Shown here piece by piece: positions 10,747 through 20,208 of a DNA stretch of 64,000 nt. The position numbers and the translations under genes are program-made. The stretch is from the NCBI GenBank assembly GCA_027858735.1, contig JAQICC010000262.1, positions 1,879 through 65,878 of the forward strand. Direction: 5' to 3'. The notes below the pieces were generated by a model. The model saw nothing but the letters and a program-made list of their open reading frames with translations, did not search any database and was not told where the DNA came from. This DNA comes from Salinivirgaceae bacterium (GTDB lineage: Bacteria > Bacteroidota > Bacteroidia > Bacteroidales > SZUA-534). The first letter of the stretch is position 1. Every line of letters begins with the position of its first letter.

Positions 10747-12138
10747 TTATTTTTTCAAGACTAAGAATTCAACACGCCTGTTTTTTGATTGTCCCTCAGG
10801 TGTTTGGTTTGTATCCAATGGTTTTAATTCACCATATCCGGCAGCTTGTAATTTTGATGCCGCAATTCCTTTTGATACTACATAATTGACAACGGCCTGA
10901 GCCCGTTCTAAACTCAACTTCTCATTTGTCGCATCAGAACCCTCGCTATCAGTATGTCCGCTAATTTCAATAAGGCTAACCGTACCTTCATTTAAGAAAT
11001 CTACGATTTTATCGAGTTCATTAAACGACTCAGGTAATAAAGCACTTTTCCCTGTTGCAAAGAATATATTATTCAAAATAAGCGCTGCTCCAACCTCAAT
11101 ATTTCTCAATCCTTCTTTAAATGGATCTTCAGGCATTACGGGTTCCACGAAAACGATGGAGCCTTTACTTCTACAGTTATTTTGGTCAGTTACTTCGTAA
11201 GAATATTTTCCTGCAGCCAATTTTGAAATTCGTTGTTGGTTTTTAACCCCGTTACTCCATGTAATATTATATGGAGGCGATCCACCAGATATTCCTAAAC
11301 TAATCACTCCATCATTAACAATTTTTGGTAACTGCCCGGTTACAGGATCAAGACCTCCCGTGTAAAATGAGTCGATAACAACAGTCTCCATGCCTTTAGG
11401 TACGCAAGCACACACATTACAGTCAACTAACGGACGCACTTCAAAATCATCGAAAAAATAGTAAGCATACGCTTTGCCTTTTTTATTTTTAGTATCCTTA
11501 CCTGTTACTACATAGTTTGTATTTTCGTAATTTTTAAAATTTCCTACCAAAAAAAAGCTTTCTCCCCCCTTTGCTGTATACAACTTACAAAAATGTTCCC
11601 ATTCTTCAGTATTATCAAGAAATAATCCTTCGGTATTATTTAATTGAGCTTTATATCCTAAATAAGTTTTATTACTATTTGCCACCTGGTCGTTTACAAA
11701 GAAAGTACTTAGCTGGTCAACAGCAAATTTAGAACCCGATGCTAATTTGTACCAAAATGATACACAATAAACTTGTCCGGCTTTCATGGGGCTCGATAAA
11801 GTACCTTGAACATATTCTCTAAAATCACGGTCAGAACCACTTAAAATAGCTCCCATATAGCCTTTGCCTGATTTGGGCTGACTATAACCCGCAAAATTAT
11901 CAGGTACTTTTACCTCACCAGAACTACACTGATTAAAATAATCGGGTGTGGTAAATGTTGGGTAAGTCCAATGAGGAATCAACTTATGACTTTGATCCAT
12001 GTATGTATAACTCTGGGGACATGCTTCGTACTCCTCAAATCCCGGATTTAATACCATGTTTTCAACCTGAGCTACTGATATTGAACACATTCCCAGGATG
12101 AAAAAAGTAAACGGAAGAAATAATTTGGTCATTTTCAT
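10747..12138 (-). CDS. OmpA-family protein (C-terminal OmpA/peptidoglycan-binding domain)
   Basis: N-terminal signal peptide. C-terminal motifs ISGHTDSEGSDATNEKLSLERAQAVVNYV and NRRVEFLV are classic for the OmpA_C domain. The N-terminal VLNPGFEEYEACP...DYFNQCS domain is common in Bacteroidota OmpA-family proteins. Confidence 0.85.
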   Translation of the reverse strand: MKMTKLFLPFTFFILGMCSISVAQVENMVLNPGFEEYEACPQSYTYMDQSHKLIPHWTYPTFTTPDYFNQCSSGEVKVPDNFAGYSQPKSGKGYMGAILSGSDRDFREYVQGTLSSPMKAGQVYCVSFWYKLASGSKFAVDQLSTFFVNDQVANSNKTYLGYKAQLNNTEGLFLDNTEEWEHFCKLYTAKGGESFFLVGNFKNYENTNYVVTGKDTKNKKGKAYAYYFFDDFEVRPLVDCNVCACVPKGMETVVIDSFYTGGLDPVTGQLPKIVNDGVISLGISGGSPPYNITWSNGVKNQQRISKLAAGKYSYEVTDQNNCRSKGSIVFVEPVMPEDPFKEGLRNIEVGAALILNNIFFATGKSALLPESFNELDKIVDFLNEGTVSLIEISGHTDSEGSDATNEKLSLERAQAVVNYVVSKGIAASKLQAAGYGELKPLDTNQTPEGQSKNRRVEFLVLKK

Positions 12139-12235
12139 GATTCGTTCGTGTATATAGTGAAATGAAAATTAAAATAAATATGGTTAATTAATTGGGTCTT
12201 AATGATTCAAAATCCTAAACAATTCTCTTATAACC

Positions 12236-12712
12236 TTGTTCGTTCTTAAAAGTTTAAGGTTGGTGAAAAACTATTTAATCATATCTTTTTTGGCTGTGCT
12301 TATAAGTAATGGCCTAAATGCGCAAAAAATGGAATGGAATAAATTAACAAGTGAAGAACAGAGAGTAATAGTGCATAAGGGTACTGAAGCTTCTGGTATT
12401 GGAGAATATTATTTGAATAAAGAAAAGGGCACCTACAAATGCAAACAGTGCGAAGCAGCCTTATACAAGTCAGAATTTAAGTTTGACAGCCATTGTGGTT
12501 GGCCTAGTTTCGATGATGAAATAAAGGGAGCCGTAACACGAGTACCGGATGCTGATGGAAGAAGAGTTGAAATTATATGTACCAATTGCAATGGACATTT
12601 GGGTCATGTTTTTATTGGAGAAGGTTTCACGGATAAAAATACACGACATTGTGTAAATTCTATTTCGTTAATATTTATTAAAGATTCCAGTTCACACCCA
12701 CCCGAAAAATAA
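12236..12712 (+). CDS. msrB: Peptide-methionine (R)-S-oxide reductase MsrB
   Basis: Motifs CKQCEAAL, HCGWPSF, CTNCNGHLGHVF and RHCVNS. The track start is TTG and gives a signal-peptide-like N-terminus. An in-frame ATG at 12329 is an alternative start. Confidence 0.85.
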   Translation: MFVLKSLRLVKNYLIISFLAVLISNGLNAQKMEWNKLTSEEQRVIVHKGTEASGIGEYYLNKEKGTYKCKQCEAALYKSEFKFDSHCGWPSFDDEIKGAVTRVPDADGRRVEIICTNCNGHLGHVFIGEGFTDKNTRHCVNSISLIFIKDSSSHPPEK

Positions 12713-12784
12713 TACTACAAGAAATAAATTTTATTATTAAACAAACTTTAAGCACTTTTGCAGCTTAATATATAACTTGTATTT

Positions 12785-13552
12785 ATGGCTATTATAATTA
12801 AAACACCTGAACAAATCGCGGGCATAAGAAAAAGCTCAAAATTAGCCGGGCAAACTTTGAATTTTATTGAACAGTATGTTAAATCTGGTGTTAATACGGA
12901 ATATCTCGATAATTTAATTCATGATTATATGCGCGATCATGGTGCTATTCCTGCAACTTTGGGCTATAATGGTTATCCTAAATCATCGTGTATATCGCCC
13001 AACAATGTTATTTGCCATGGAATACCTTCAGAAAATGTTATTCTTAAAGAGGGTGATATTATTAATATTGATGTTACCACCATATTAGATGGATATTTTG
13101 GTGATACAAGTCGTATGTATGCCATTGGTGAAATTTCGACCGAGGCCCAATCATTAATGGATACTACAAAACATTGTTTAGACCTGGGAATTCAGCAGGT
13201 GGGACCTAAAAGTACGTTTGGTAATATTGGTTTTGCCATTAGCCGATACGCTCAAGCTAAAGGCTATAGTGTAGTTTACGAATTTTGTGGTCATGGTGTT
13301 GGTCTTCAGTTTCATGAGGAACCTCAGGTAGATCATATTGCCCGTAGAAACAGTGGACAAGTTATGAAACCGGGTATGATTTTCACCATTGAGCCGATGA
13401 TAAATATGGGAAAAGCAAGGGTGAAAATTGATGAAAAAGATGGATGGACCGCTCGGACTATTGATAATAAACTGTCGGCTCAATACGAGCATACCATATT
13501 AGTTACAACCGAGGGTTTTGATATACTTACCGATGTAAATGGTGAATATTAA
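12785..13552 (+). CDS. map: Type I methionine aminopeptidase
   Basis: 255 aa. Motifs ICHGIP, DIINIDVT, GDTSRMY, FCGHGVG, FTIEPM and QYEHT match the MetAP-I metal ligands and fold. Confidence 0.93.
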   Translation: MAIIIKTPEQIAGIRKSSKLAGQTLNFIEQYVKSGVNTEYLDNLIHDYMRDHGAIPATLGYNGYPKSSCISPNNVICHGIPSENVILKEGDIINIDVTTILDGYFGDTSRMYAIGEISTEAQSLMDTTKHCLDLGIQQVGPKSTFGNIGFAISRYAQAKGYSVVYEFCGHGVGLQFHEEPQVDHIARRNSGQVMKPGMIFTIEPMINMGKARVKIDEKDGWTARTIDNKLSAQYEHTILVTTEGFDILTDVNGEY

Positions 13553-14385
13553 AAATTACTACTTTTCTCTGATAAATAATTAGTAACCAGTGAATTAAAC
13601 TCCTGTATTATAGTACGCAATATTCTACTTTGAGTATCAAACTTATATTTGTTTATAGAACAAATGGGTAAAATGCCTATTGAAGTTCCACATAAAAATG
13701 CAGCATCTACATTTTTCAAATTTTGAGTTTTAAGCAATGATTCTGAAATTTTGTAATGGAGATTTGTTATTGACTTCAAAGCATATTTTTTGGTAATACC
13801 GGGTAATACAGTTTTTAAAGGAGCCGTAAATATCTGCTCCCCCTTAATAAAAATGACATTGCTCCTGCTACCCTCTGTAATTTCACCATTACCATTTTTA
13901 AGCAATACTTCAAAAACGGAATGCTCTTTAAGGTATTTGTTTGCTTTTATTCTTGTTTGGGTATGTTTTATTTTAGCTTGAGGATTTATCCTTTCTGCCT
14001 CCATTATTGCTATGTTTACACCTTGAATATATTGTATTGCATTTGGATACCTATGAGGAATAAATCCCATTGCATGTTCAATTTTACCTGAGGTGTCTTT
14101 AAAAACCCGAAGCTCAATATTACCATATTCTTTGTTATTTGCTTTGCAAATTTCTAAAGCTTGAGCATGTAAAATCTGAGAATTAATGATAAAGCCTTTA
14201 ATCCCAGCTAGATTTAATGAATTTTCTAATCTTTCAACATGATCATCGAAAAATAATGGAATGCTTGAAATTATTTTAAAAACCTCATAAACAGAAATAT
14301 CAACTTCAACGGAACTTTCTTGGGTCGTTTCAAGTAATTTATTTCCGGAAAAATAGAATGCGTCAGAAAAATTAGAAGAAACCAT
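13549..14385 (-). CDS. Class IV aminotransferase family protein (branched-chain aminotransferase / aminodeoxychorismate lyase-like)
   Basis: 278 aa. EITEGSRSNVIFIKGEQIFTAP and VLPGITKK resemble the fold-type IV PLP enzyme signature. The exact substrate cannot be called. Confidence 0.7.
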   Translation of the reverse strand: MVSSNFSDAFYFSGNKLLETTQESSVEVDISVYEVFKIISSIPLFFDDHVERLENSLNLAGIKGFIINSQILHAQALEICKANNKEYGNIELRVFKDTSGKIEHAMGFIPHRYPNAIQYIQGVNIAIMEAERINPQAKIKHTQTRIKANKYLKEHSVFEVLLKNGNGEITEGSRSNVIFIKGEQIFTAPLKTVLPGITKKYALKSITNLHYKISESLLKTQNLKNVDAAFLCGTSIGILPICSINKYKFDTQSRILRTIIQEFNSLVTNYLSEKSSNF

Positions 14386-15731
14386 TACTTTTCAATAATT
14401 TCAGATAGTTTCTGAACGGTGTCGTCCCAATTATATTTTAAGTTTAACCAGGTTCCATTTTTCATAATCTTCCATATACTTACCTTTGTTTTCACCCAAG
14501 TTTTTTTGAATCCTATAAAATATCGAAAACTTAAAATTCCGAAAAGGAATATACTTATAAATATGCCAATAGCAAGATACCACGGCTTTACAAATACGAG
14601 TAATAAGATAATATATATAAGATAAAATATTAAAAATGTAGCCATTGCAACTGAAAAACGAATAGAACTGACAAATTGAGGATCCTTAATTTTTCGTGAT
14701 ACCAAAACCGGAATGTAAAAAGGAAGAAAATTAGCCACTACCCCATAAATAAAAAATGGAAACAGAACAGCAAGTAACATATAGTTAAAAACTATTTCTA
14801 ACCAATAGTGCCTTTTTTGAGCCACAACCCATTTTCTAATACCAAATTCCTTTACTGTATCTTTTATTTCTAAGGCTGTTTTGCAAAGTTTTTCAAACTC
14901 ATCAAACGAATCTGCTTTATACTCTATCAAGCTATCTGAAATTTCCTGCGATTTTACTATAATTTTCTGATGATCATCCTTTAGTTTTCGTTTAGCTAAT
15001 AAATCTTGAATATAAATATTCTTTAAAGCCTCTATTTGATCATAATGCTCAGAGTCCTCAATATGTAACATTTGTGGGAGCATCTTTTCCCTTAGCTCCT
15101 GTAAAAATAAATTCATGCCCCTTTGCGGATTTTCTTTGTATTGATCTTTAAAATTGCTAAGAGAAAAAGGTTCTCCAAAATGAACCAATAAATCGGCACC
15201 AAAATTAATGTAGTTTGTATAGTCTACTCCTACAGGTACTATCTGAACATCTAAGTTAAAATCGTTTCTTTCTTCTGCTTGAAAAGCAATACGTGCAATT
15301 CCTTTTTTAAGAATTCTTAATTTTCGTTCGCCAAAATGATTTCCTTCAGGTAGTATGCCTAGTCTGCCTTTACCTTCAAGAATGCTAATAGCTTCTTCAA
15401 AAACAGCATCATTATTCTGAAGACTTTTTATTCCATCGCGAATGCGAAAAACCGGTAGCATTTTAAAAAAGCGTAAAATTTTTGCAATTTTTTCACTTTT
15501 AAATACATCAGCTCTTGCCATAAAAACTGATGGTCCTTTAAGAGCACATATTACATTTAAAGGATCCATCAAAGCATTTTGATGGTTGATAGCTAATATT
15601 ACAGGTTTATCTTTAGGCACTTTATTACTGCCAACCACAGTAACCTTATCATAAAAGAAATGTATATAAGTTTTGACATAGTTCTGTACTATATTTTGCC
15701 AAAAATCAAATTCGTGAATAGGTTTCTTCAT
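14385..15731 (-). CDS. Lysophospholipid (1-acyl-sn-glycerol-3-phosphate) acyltransferase family protein with a C-terminal membrane domain
   Basis: HX4D motif NHQNALMDP and PEGN motif (ILPEGNHFGER). The C-terminal ~120 aa are strongly hydrophobic, with multiple TM helices. Confidence 0.8.
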   Translation of the reverse strand: MKKPIHEFDFWQNIVQNYVKTYIHFFYDKVTVVGSNKVPKDKPVILAINHQNALMDPLNVICALKGPSVFMARADVFKSEKIAKILRFFKMLPVFRIRDGIKSLQNNDAVFEEAISILEGKGRLGILPEGNHFGERKLRILKKGIARIAFQAEERNDFNLDVQIVPVGVDYTNYINFGADLLVHFGEPFSLSNFKDQYKENPQRGMNLFLQELREKMLPQMLHIEDSEHYDQIEALKNIYIQDLLAKRKLKDDHQKIIVKSQEISDSLIEYKADSFDEFEKLCKTALEIKDTVKEFGIRKWVVAQKRHYWLEIVFNYMLLAVLFPFFIYGVVANFLPFYIPVLVSRKIKDPQFVSSIRFSVAMATFLIFYLIYIILLLVFVKPWYLAIGIFISIFLFGILSFRYFIGFKKTWVKTKVSIWKIMKNGTWLNLKYNWDDTVQKLSEIIEK

Positions 15732-15749
15732 TATTAAAAAAGTTGAAAG

Positions 15750-16685
15750 TTATTTTTGTAATAGAAGTCTATACGACCAAATGCTCGACACCGTTAGCCC
15801 GGAAATAATATGCCAGATTCCCCATAAAGCAGCAATAAAAGCCATTCCTCCTATTCCATTGAATAAATTTGGATTAAATATTAGCACCAAGGCTAAACCT
15901 GAATTTTGTATGCCTGTTTCAATGGTTATGGTTCTTACATCTTGTCGTTTTAGTTTAAAAAGCCGTGCAAGAGAATATCCGGTTAAAAATGCTAAAGCAT
16001 TATGAATTAGTACAATTATGAATATTAAATGAATATATTCTAAAAAATAGTTGAAATTTTTGCCTAAGGCTATAACGACATAGCTTCCAAATATAATCAA
16101 CGATAGTATTTTAATTGGTTTTAGAATTTTCTTAGTAATTAACGGAAAATACCTCGAAAAAGTCATACCAATAGTTAATGGCATTCCCAATAGTATAATC
16201 ATCGTTTTCATCATCTCAAAAAGATCAATCTCAACCGGAATTATCATATTTGATGCATTGGAATAAAAACGGGCATACATACCGCCCCAAAAAGCAAAGT
16301 TAAAAGGAGTCATTATAACCGCAGAAATATCAGCAATTGCAGTAAGGCTAACCGATAGTTCGGTATTTCCTCTTGCATGATTCGTCATAAAGTTAGAAAG
16401 ATTTCCACCCGGACAGGCAGCAACCAAAATCATTCCTAAAGCAACACCTGGAGTTGGATTAATGATAAGCACCAATAAAAAGGTTAAAAAAGGCATAACC
16501 AAAAACTGGGCTGCAACTCCAAGCATAGTGGATTTAGGAAACATAAACACATGCTTAAAACGTTCTACTTTAAGTTCTAAAGCAACCCCAAACATAATAA
16601 AGGCAATAGTTATATTCAGCAGTTTTAAGCTGTCAGAACTAAAGTTTAATCGTATAGTGTCGAGTACCTCTAAGCCTTCAAACAT
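15750..16685 (-). CDS. Bile acid:sodium symporter (BASS) family transporter
   Basis: 311 aa polytopic membrane protein. VAACPGGNLSNFMT and ETGIQNSGLA motifs are typical of the BASS/SBF family. Confidence 0.85.
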   Translation of the reverse strand: MFEGLEVLDTIRLNFSSDSLKLLNITIAFIMFGVALELKVERFKHVFMFPKSTMLGVAAQFLVMPFLTFLLVLIINPTPGVALGMILVAACPGGNLSNFMTNHARGNTELSVSLTAIADISAVIMTPFNFAFWGGMYARFYSNASNMIIPVEIDLFEMMKTMIILLGMPLTIGMTFSRYFPLITKKILKPIKILSLIIFGSYVVIALGKNFNYFLEYIHLIFIIVLIHNALAFLTGYSLARLFKLKRQDVRTITIETGIQNSGLALVLIFNPNLFNGIGGMAFIAALWGIWHIISGLTVSSIWSYRLLLQK

Positions 16686-16778
16686 GTATTATTATTTGGG
16701 GGTTAAAAATAACTTTTTATACCTCTCATATGGGTGGTGTAAATACTACTTTTCCTCATTAAATTTAAAGTGAGCAAA

Positions 16779-18071
16779 TTAAACAGGCTTAGCAAATAAG
16801 TCATATTCATCAGCATCAGTTATCTCTACAAAAGCAAAGTTTCCTACCTGTATTTTTTTCTTTGATGAAATCAATACCTCATCATCAACCTCAGGAGAAT
16901 CAAATTCAGTTCTCCCAATATAGTAGTCACCTTCTTTTTTGTCAATCAGCACTTTATAAGTTTTGCCAGCTTTTTCTTGATTTAATTCCAAGGAAATTTG
17001 TCGTTGAACCTCCATAATCTGAGCAGCCCTATCCGCTTTAATATCCGCTTCAATATTATCTTCATAATGATCAAATGCATGGGTGTTTTCTTCATGCGAA
17101 TATTCAAATACACCCAATCGTTCAAACCTAACATCTTTAACAAATTGCAACAATTCTTCAAAATCTTGTTCTGTTTCATTAGGGTGTCCTACCAATAGTG
17201 TTGTTCTTAGCGTAATTCCAGGAACTTGCTTCCTAAATTCATTGATCAGATTGTAGGTTTCTATTTTTGATACATTTCTTTTCATTAAACCCAGCATATG
17301 ATCACTAATATGCTGTAAGGCAATATCCATATAGTTGCAAATATTTTTGTGCTTTGCCATTACGGGCAGTATATCCATCGGAAACTTAGCCGGGTAGGTA
17401 TAATGTATTCGTAACCATTCAACGCCCTTTATTTGAGCTAATTCGTCCATTAAAGGCGCTAACATCTGCTTTTTATAGTTATCTAATCCATAATATGACA
17501 AATCTTGAGCAATAAGAATAATTTCCTTTACTCCCATTTTAACCAACGATTTAGCCTCTTCCACTAGGTCTTCAATAGATCGTGAAATATGCTTCCCTGT
17601 AATATTAGGAATTGCACAATAAGAACAAGTGCGATTGCATCCTTCCGAAATTTTTAGGTAAGCATAGTGATTTGGAGTGGTAAGAATCCTATTGGGCATT
17701 AGTTTTGGTTGAACATCAACCAACATATATTTAAGCATTTCTCTTAACTCAAATTTTCCAAACCAGGCATCAACTTCGGGTATTTCCTTTTCTAGTTCAT
17801 CCTTGTATCGTTCCGACAAACAGCCAAAAACTAAAATCTTATCGATAGAGCCTTCTTCCTTGGCTTGTGTAAAATTAAGAATGGTTTCGATGCTTTCTTC
17901 TTTGGCATCGCCAATAAAACCACATGTATTTATTAGAATGTAGTTAAAATCTTCGTTGGGCGATTCGTGATCTACCACAAATCCATTATCCACCAATTGT
18001 TTCATCAATACCTCAGTATCAACCCTATTCTTGGAACACCCCAGGGTGAATATATTTACTTTTTTACTCAT
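16779..18071 (-). CDS. rimO: Ribosomal protein S12 methylthiotransferase RimO
   Basis: 430 aa. N-terminal FTLGCSKNRVDTE, radical-SAM CNRTCSYCAIP and a C-terminal TRAM-like domain. Confidence 0.9.
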   Translation of the reverse strand: MSKKVNIFTLGCSKNRVDTEVLMKQLVDNGFVVDHESPNEDFNYILINTCGFIGDAKEESIETILNFTQAKEEGSIDKILVFGCLSERYKDELEKEIPEVDAWFGKFELREMLKYMLVDVQPKLMPNRILTTPNHYAYLKISEGCNRTCSYCAIPNITGKHISRSIEDLVEEAKSLVKMGVKEIILIAQDLSYYGLDNYKKQMLAPLMDELAQIKGVEWLRIHYTYPAKFPMDILPVMAKHKNICNYMDIALQHISDHMLGLMKRNVSKIETYNLINEFRKQVPGITLRTTLLVGHPNETEQDFEELLQFVKDVRFERLGVFEYSHEENTHAFDHYEDNIEADIKADRAAQIMEVQRQISLELNQEKAGKTYKVLIDKKEGDYYIGRTEFDSPEVDDEVLISSKKKIQVGNFAFVEITDADEYDLFAKPV

Positions 18072-18230
18072 TATACAAAATTCTTATGTACATTAAAAGG
18101 ACAAACAAATAAAACCAGAAATTGATTAAAATCCACCAATAAAGTTTTAAGTTGACCAGTTTATCATCATATAATTATCTCTTTTTCATTTTGATACTTC
18201 GTTAGATTTAGGGAGATTAATTATATTTAT

Positions 18231-18260
18231 AAAGAAAAAGCGATTCATAAATGAATCGCT
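18231..18260 (-). terminator. Rho-independent terminator of ftsY
   Basis: A 9-bp stem AGCGATTCA (18239-18247) / TGAATCGCT (18252-18260) with a 4-nt loop. It is followed on the minus strand by TTTTTCTTT and lies 8 nt past the ftsY stop. Confidence 0.8.
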
Positions 18261-18267
18261 CAGTATT

Positions 18268-19215
18268 TTAGCTAAATAGTGAATCTACAAATTCAAGTCG
18301 ATTAAAAACTTGAAGGTCCTCCATACCTTCCCCAATACCAATGTATTTTACCGGTATTTTAAACTGATCAGATATGCCAATAACTACACCACCTTTAGCA
18401 GTACCATCAAGTTTGGTGAGGGCTAAGGCTGAAACGTCAGTGGCTTTAGTAAATTGTTTGGCTTGTTCAAAGGCATTTTGGCCTGTTGAGCCATCTAAAA
18501 CAAGCAACACTTCATGTGGAGCTTCAGGAATATGCTTCTGCATTACCATTTTAACCTTTGAAAGTTCATTCATAAGATTAATTTTATTATGAAGACGACC
18601 TGCAGTATCAATGAGTACAACATCGGCATTGTTTTTCATGGCCGATTCAATGGTATCAAAAGCTACCGATGCAGGATCGGATCCCATTTTTTGCTTAATT
18701 AAGGGTACACCGACTCTTTGGGCCCAAATTTCAAGTTGATCAATTGCAGCTGCTCTAAAAGTATCGGCAGCACCAATATAAACGCTTTTACCTGCCTTTT
18801 TAAACTGATGGGCTAATTTGCCAATAGTTGTCGTTTTTCCCACACCATTAACTCCCACAACCATAATTACATAGGGTACATTATTTTTTGTGGTTGGTAT
18901 CGATACTTCGGTTAAATCATTTGAATTGTTCTCTTGCAGTAATTCAGCTATTTCTTCCTTTAGCATTACACTGAGCTCGCTGGTACCTATATATTTATCA
19001 TTTGAAACCCTAGTTTCAATACGTTCAATAATTTTTAAAGTAGTGTCAACACCAACATCAGAAGTAATTAGCACCTCTTCAAGATTATCTAAAACCTCAA
19101 CATCAACCGACGTTTTTCCAACAACCCCTCTCGATAGTTTTTTAAAAACACTTTCTTTGGTTTTAGCCAAACCTTTATCGAGATTTTCTTTTTTTTTACT
19201 TGAAAACAAGCCCAT
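18268..19215 (-). CDS. ftsY: Signal recognition particle receptor FtsY
   Basis: 315 aa. GVNGVGKTTTIGKLA (G1), DTAGRL, TKLDGTAKGG and the SRP54-type NG domain. Confidence 0.95.
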   Translation of the reverse strand: MGLFSSKKKENLDKGLAKTKESVFKKLSRGVVGKTSVDVEVLDNLEEVLITSDVGVDTTLKIIERIETRVSNDKYIGTSELSVMLKEEIAELLQENNSNDLTEVSIPTTKNNVPYVIMVVGVNGVGKTTTIGKLAHQFKKAGKSVYIGAADTFRAAAIDQLEIWAQRVGVPLIKQKMGSDPASVAFDTIESAMKNNADVVLIDTAGRLHNKINLMNELSKVKMVMQKHIPEAPHEVLLVLDGSTGQNAFEQAKQFTKATDVSALALTKLDGTAKGGVVIGISDQFKIPVKYIGIGEGMEDLQVFNRLEFVDSLFS

Positions 19216-19356
19216 GTTTGATCTGTTTAAAATGTAAGTTAAATTATTGAAATTTAACTATATGATATTATGTGAGCTGTATTAAAAACGATTTAATCCT
19301 AGCTTAGGAGTTGGTTCATTTTTAAGCGCCGTAAAGTAAATAAAATATGCACATTA

Positions 19357-19393
19357 AACAAAAAAAGCTTTCCTCAATACTGAAGAAAGCTTT
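19357..19393 (-). terminator. Rho-independent terminator of the rpmB-rpmG-DUF4295 operon
   Basis: A 9-bp stem AAAGCTTTC (19364-19372) / GAAAGCTTT (19385-19393). The minus strand continues with TTTTGTTT. It lies 23 nt past the small-ORF stop. Confidence 0.75.
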
Positions 19394-19415
19394 CATTGTT
19401 AAACCAATAAATATC

Positions 19416-19568
19416 TTATTTTTTGAAAAAATCTTTTACGTGGTCAGCATTCACTACCTCTTCTTTGAATTGGTATGAACCTGTTTTTGGTGACTTTACC
19501 ATTTTAATAACTTTTGCAAAAGTTTTGGCATCACCTGTTTTTAGAGTTGCAACTACCTTCTTAGCCAT
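19416..19568 (-). CDS. DUF4295-family small protein (50 aa), not present in the supplied ORF track
   Basis: Hand translation of the minus strand gives MAKKVVATLKTGDAKTFAKVIKMVKSPKTGSYQFKEEVVNADHVKDFFKK, ending in TAA. It sits directly downstream of rpmG, which is the usual Bacteroidota position for this family. Confidence 0.8.
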   Translation of the reverse strand: MAKKVVATLKTGDAKTFAKVIKMVKSPKTGSYQFKEEVVNADHVKDFFKK

Positions 19569-19574
19569 TTTTTA

Positions 19575-19763
19575 TTATTTTATTTCTTTATGTACTGTTA
19601 CTTTCTTAAGAATTGGATTGAATTTTTTCAATTCCATTCTTTCTGGAGTATTTTTTTTGTTCTTTTTGGTAATATACCTTGAAGTACCTGGTACTCCACT
19701 CTCCTTATGTTCGGTACATTCTAAAATAACCTGAACTCTATTACCTTTTGATTTTTTAGCCAT
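19575..19763 (-). CDS. rpmG: 50S ribosomal protein L33
   Basis: 62 aa: [20 protein letters not shown]...[22 protein letters not shown]. Confidence 0.95.
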   Translation of the reverse strand: MAKKSKGNRVQVILECTEHKESGVPGTSRYITKKNKKNTPERMELKKFNPILKKVTVHKEIK

Positions 19764-19775
19764 CTTTTAATATTT

Positions 19776-20018
19776 TTAGAACTTATTAATCAGCCCTTTA
19801 GCTTTAGCGCCATTAAGCACGTTTAATAAGCCATTTTTATTAATGTTACGTATACCAGCGGCTGATACTTTCAAAGTAATCCAACGGTCTTCTTCTGGTA
19901 AATAAAATTTCTTATCGAATAGGTTAGGATAAAACCTTCTTTTCGTCTTTGCATGTGAGTGACTAACATTGTTACCCACCATCATTTTCTTCCCTGTTAC
20001 TTGACAAATCTTAGACAT
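19776..20018 (-). CDS. rpmB: 50S ribosomal protein L28
   Basis: 80 aa: [33 protein letters not shown]. Confidence 0.95.
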   Translation of the reverse strand: MSKICQVTGKKMMVGNNVSHSHAKTKRRFYPNLFDKKFYLPEEDRWITLKVSAAGIRNINKNGLLNVLNGAKAKGLINKF

Positions 20019-20208
20019 TACTATATTATTTAAATTCTAGCCTTAATTTTCGGTTCGCAAAATACGTGATTTTAATTCACATATTCAAACATTTGAGTCG
20101 TTTTTTGTTAAAAAAAAGTTCATTTTTTTTGAAAACTTTTTTTGTGAGATATATAAAGTTAATTATTGAATTCAATCAGCCCTATGTATTTTGCTATATA
20201 TCAGCTCG

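Noticed and set aside
12236-12328. Trimming msrB to the ATG at 12329.
   Set aside because: The upstream in-frame segment encodes a plausible signal peptide (LIISFLAVLISNGLNAQ). I kept the longer ORF and flagged the start as uncertain.
18239-18260. Possible second copy of the GNAT-inserting MITE, because it shares GCGATTC/GAATCGCTCA.
   Set aside because: The match covers only the hairpin stem of the ftsY terminator. There is no flanking similarity to the 164-bp element.
19423-19734. 103-aa plus-strand ORF.
   Set aside because: It overlaps rpmG and the DUF4295 small gene on the opposite strand. The protein looks like a hydrophobic antisense artefact.
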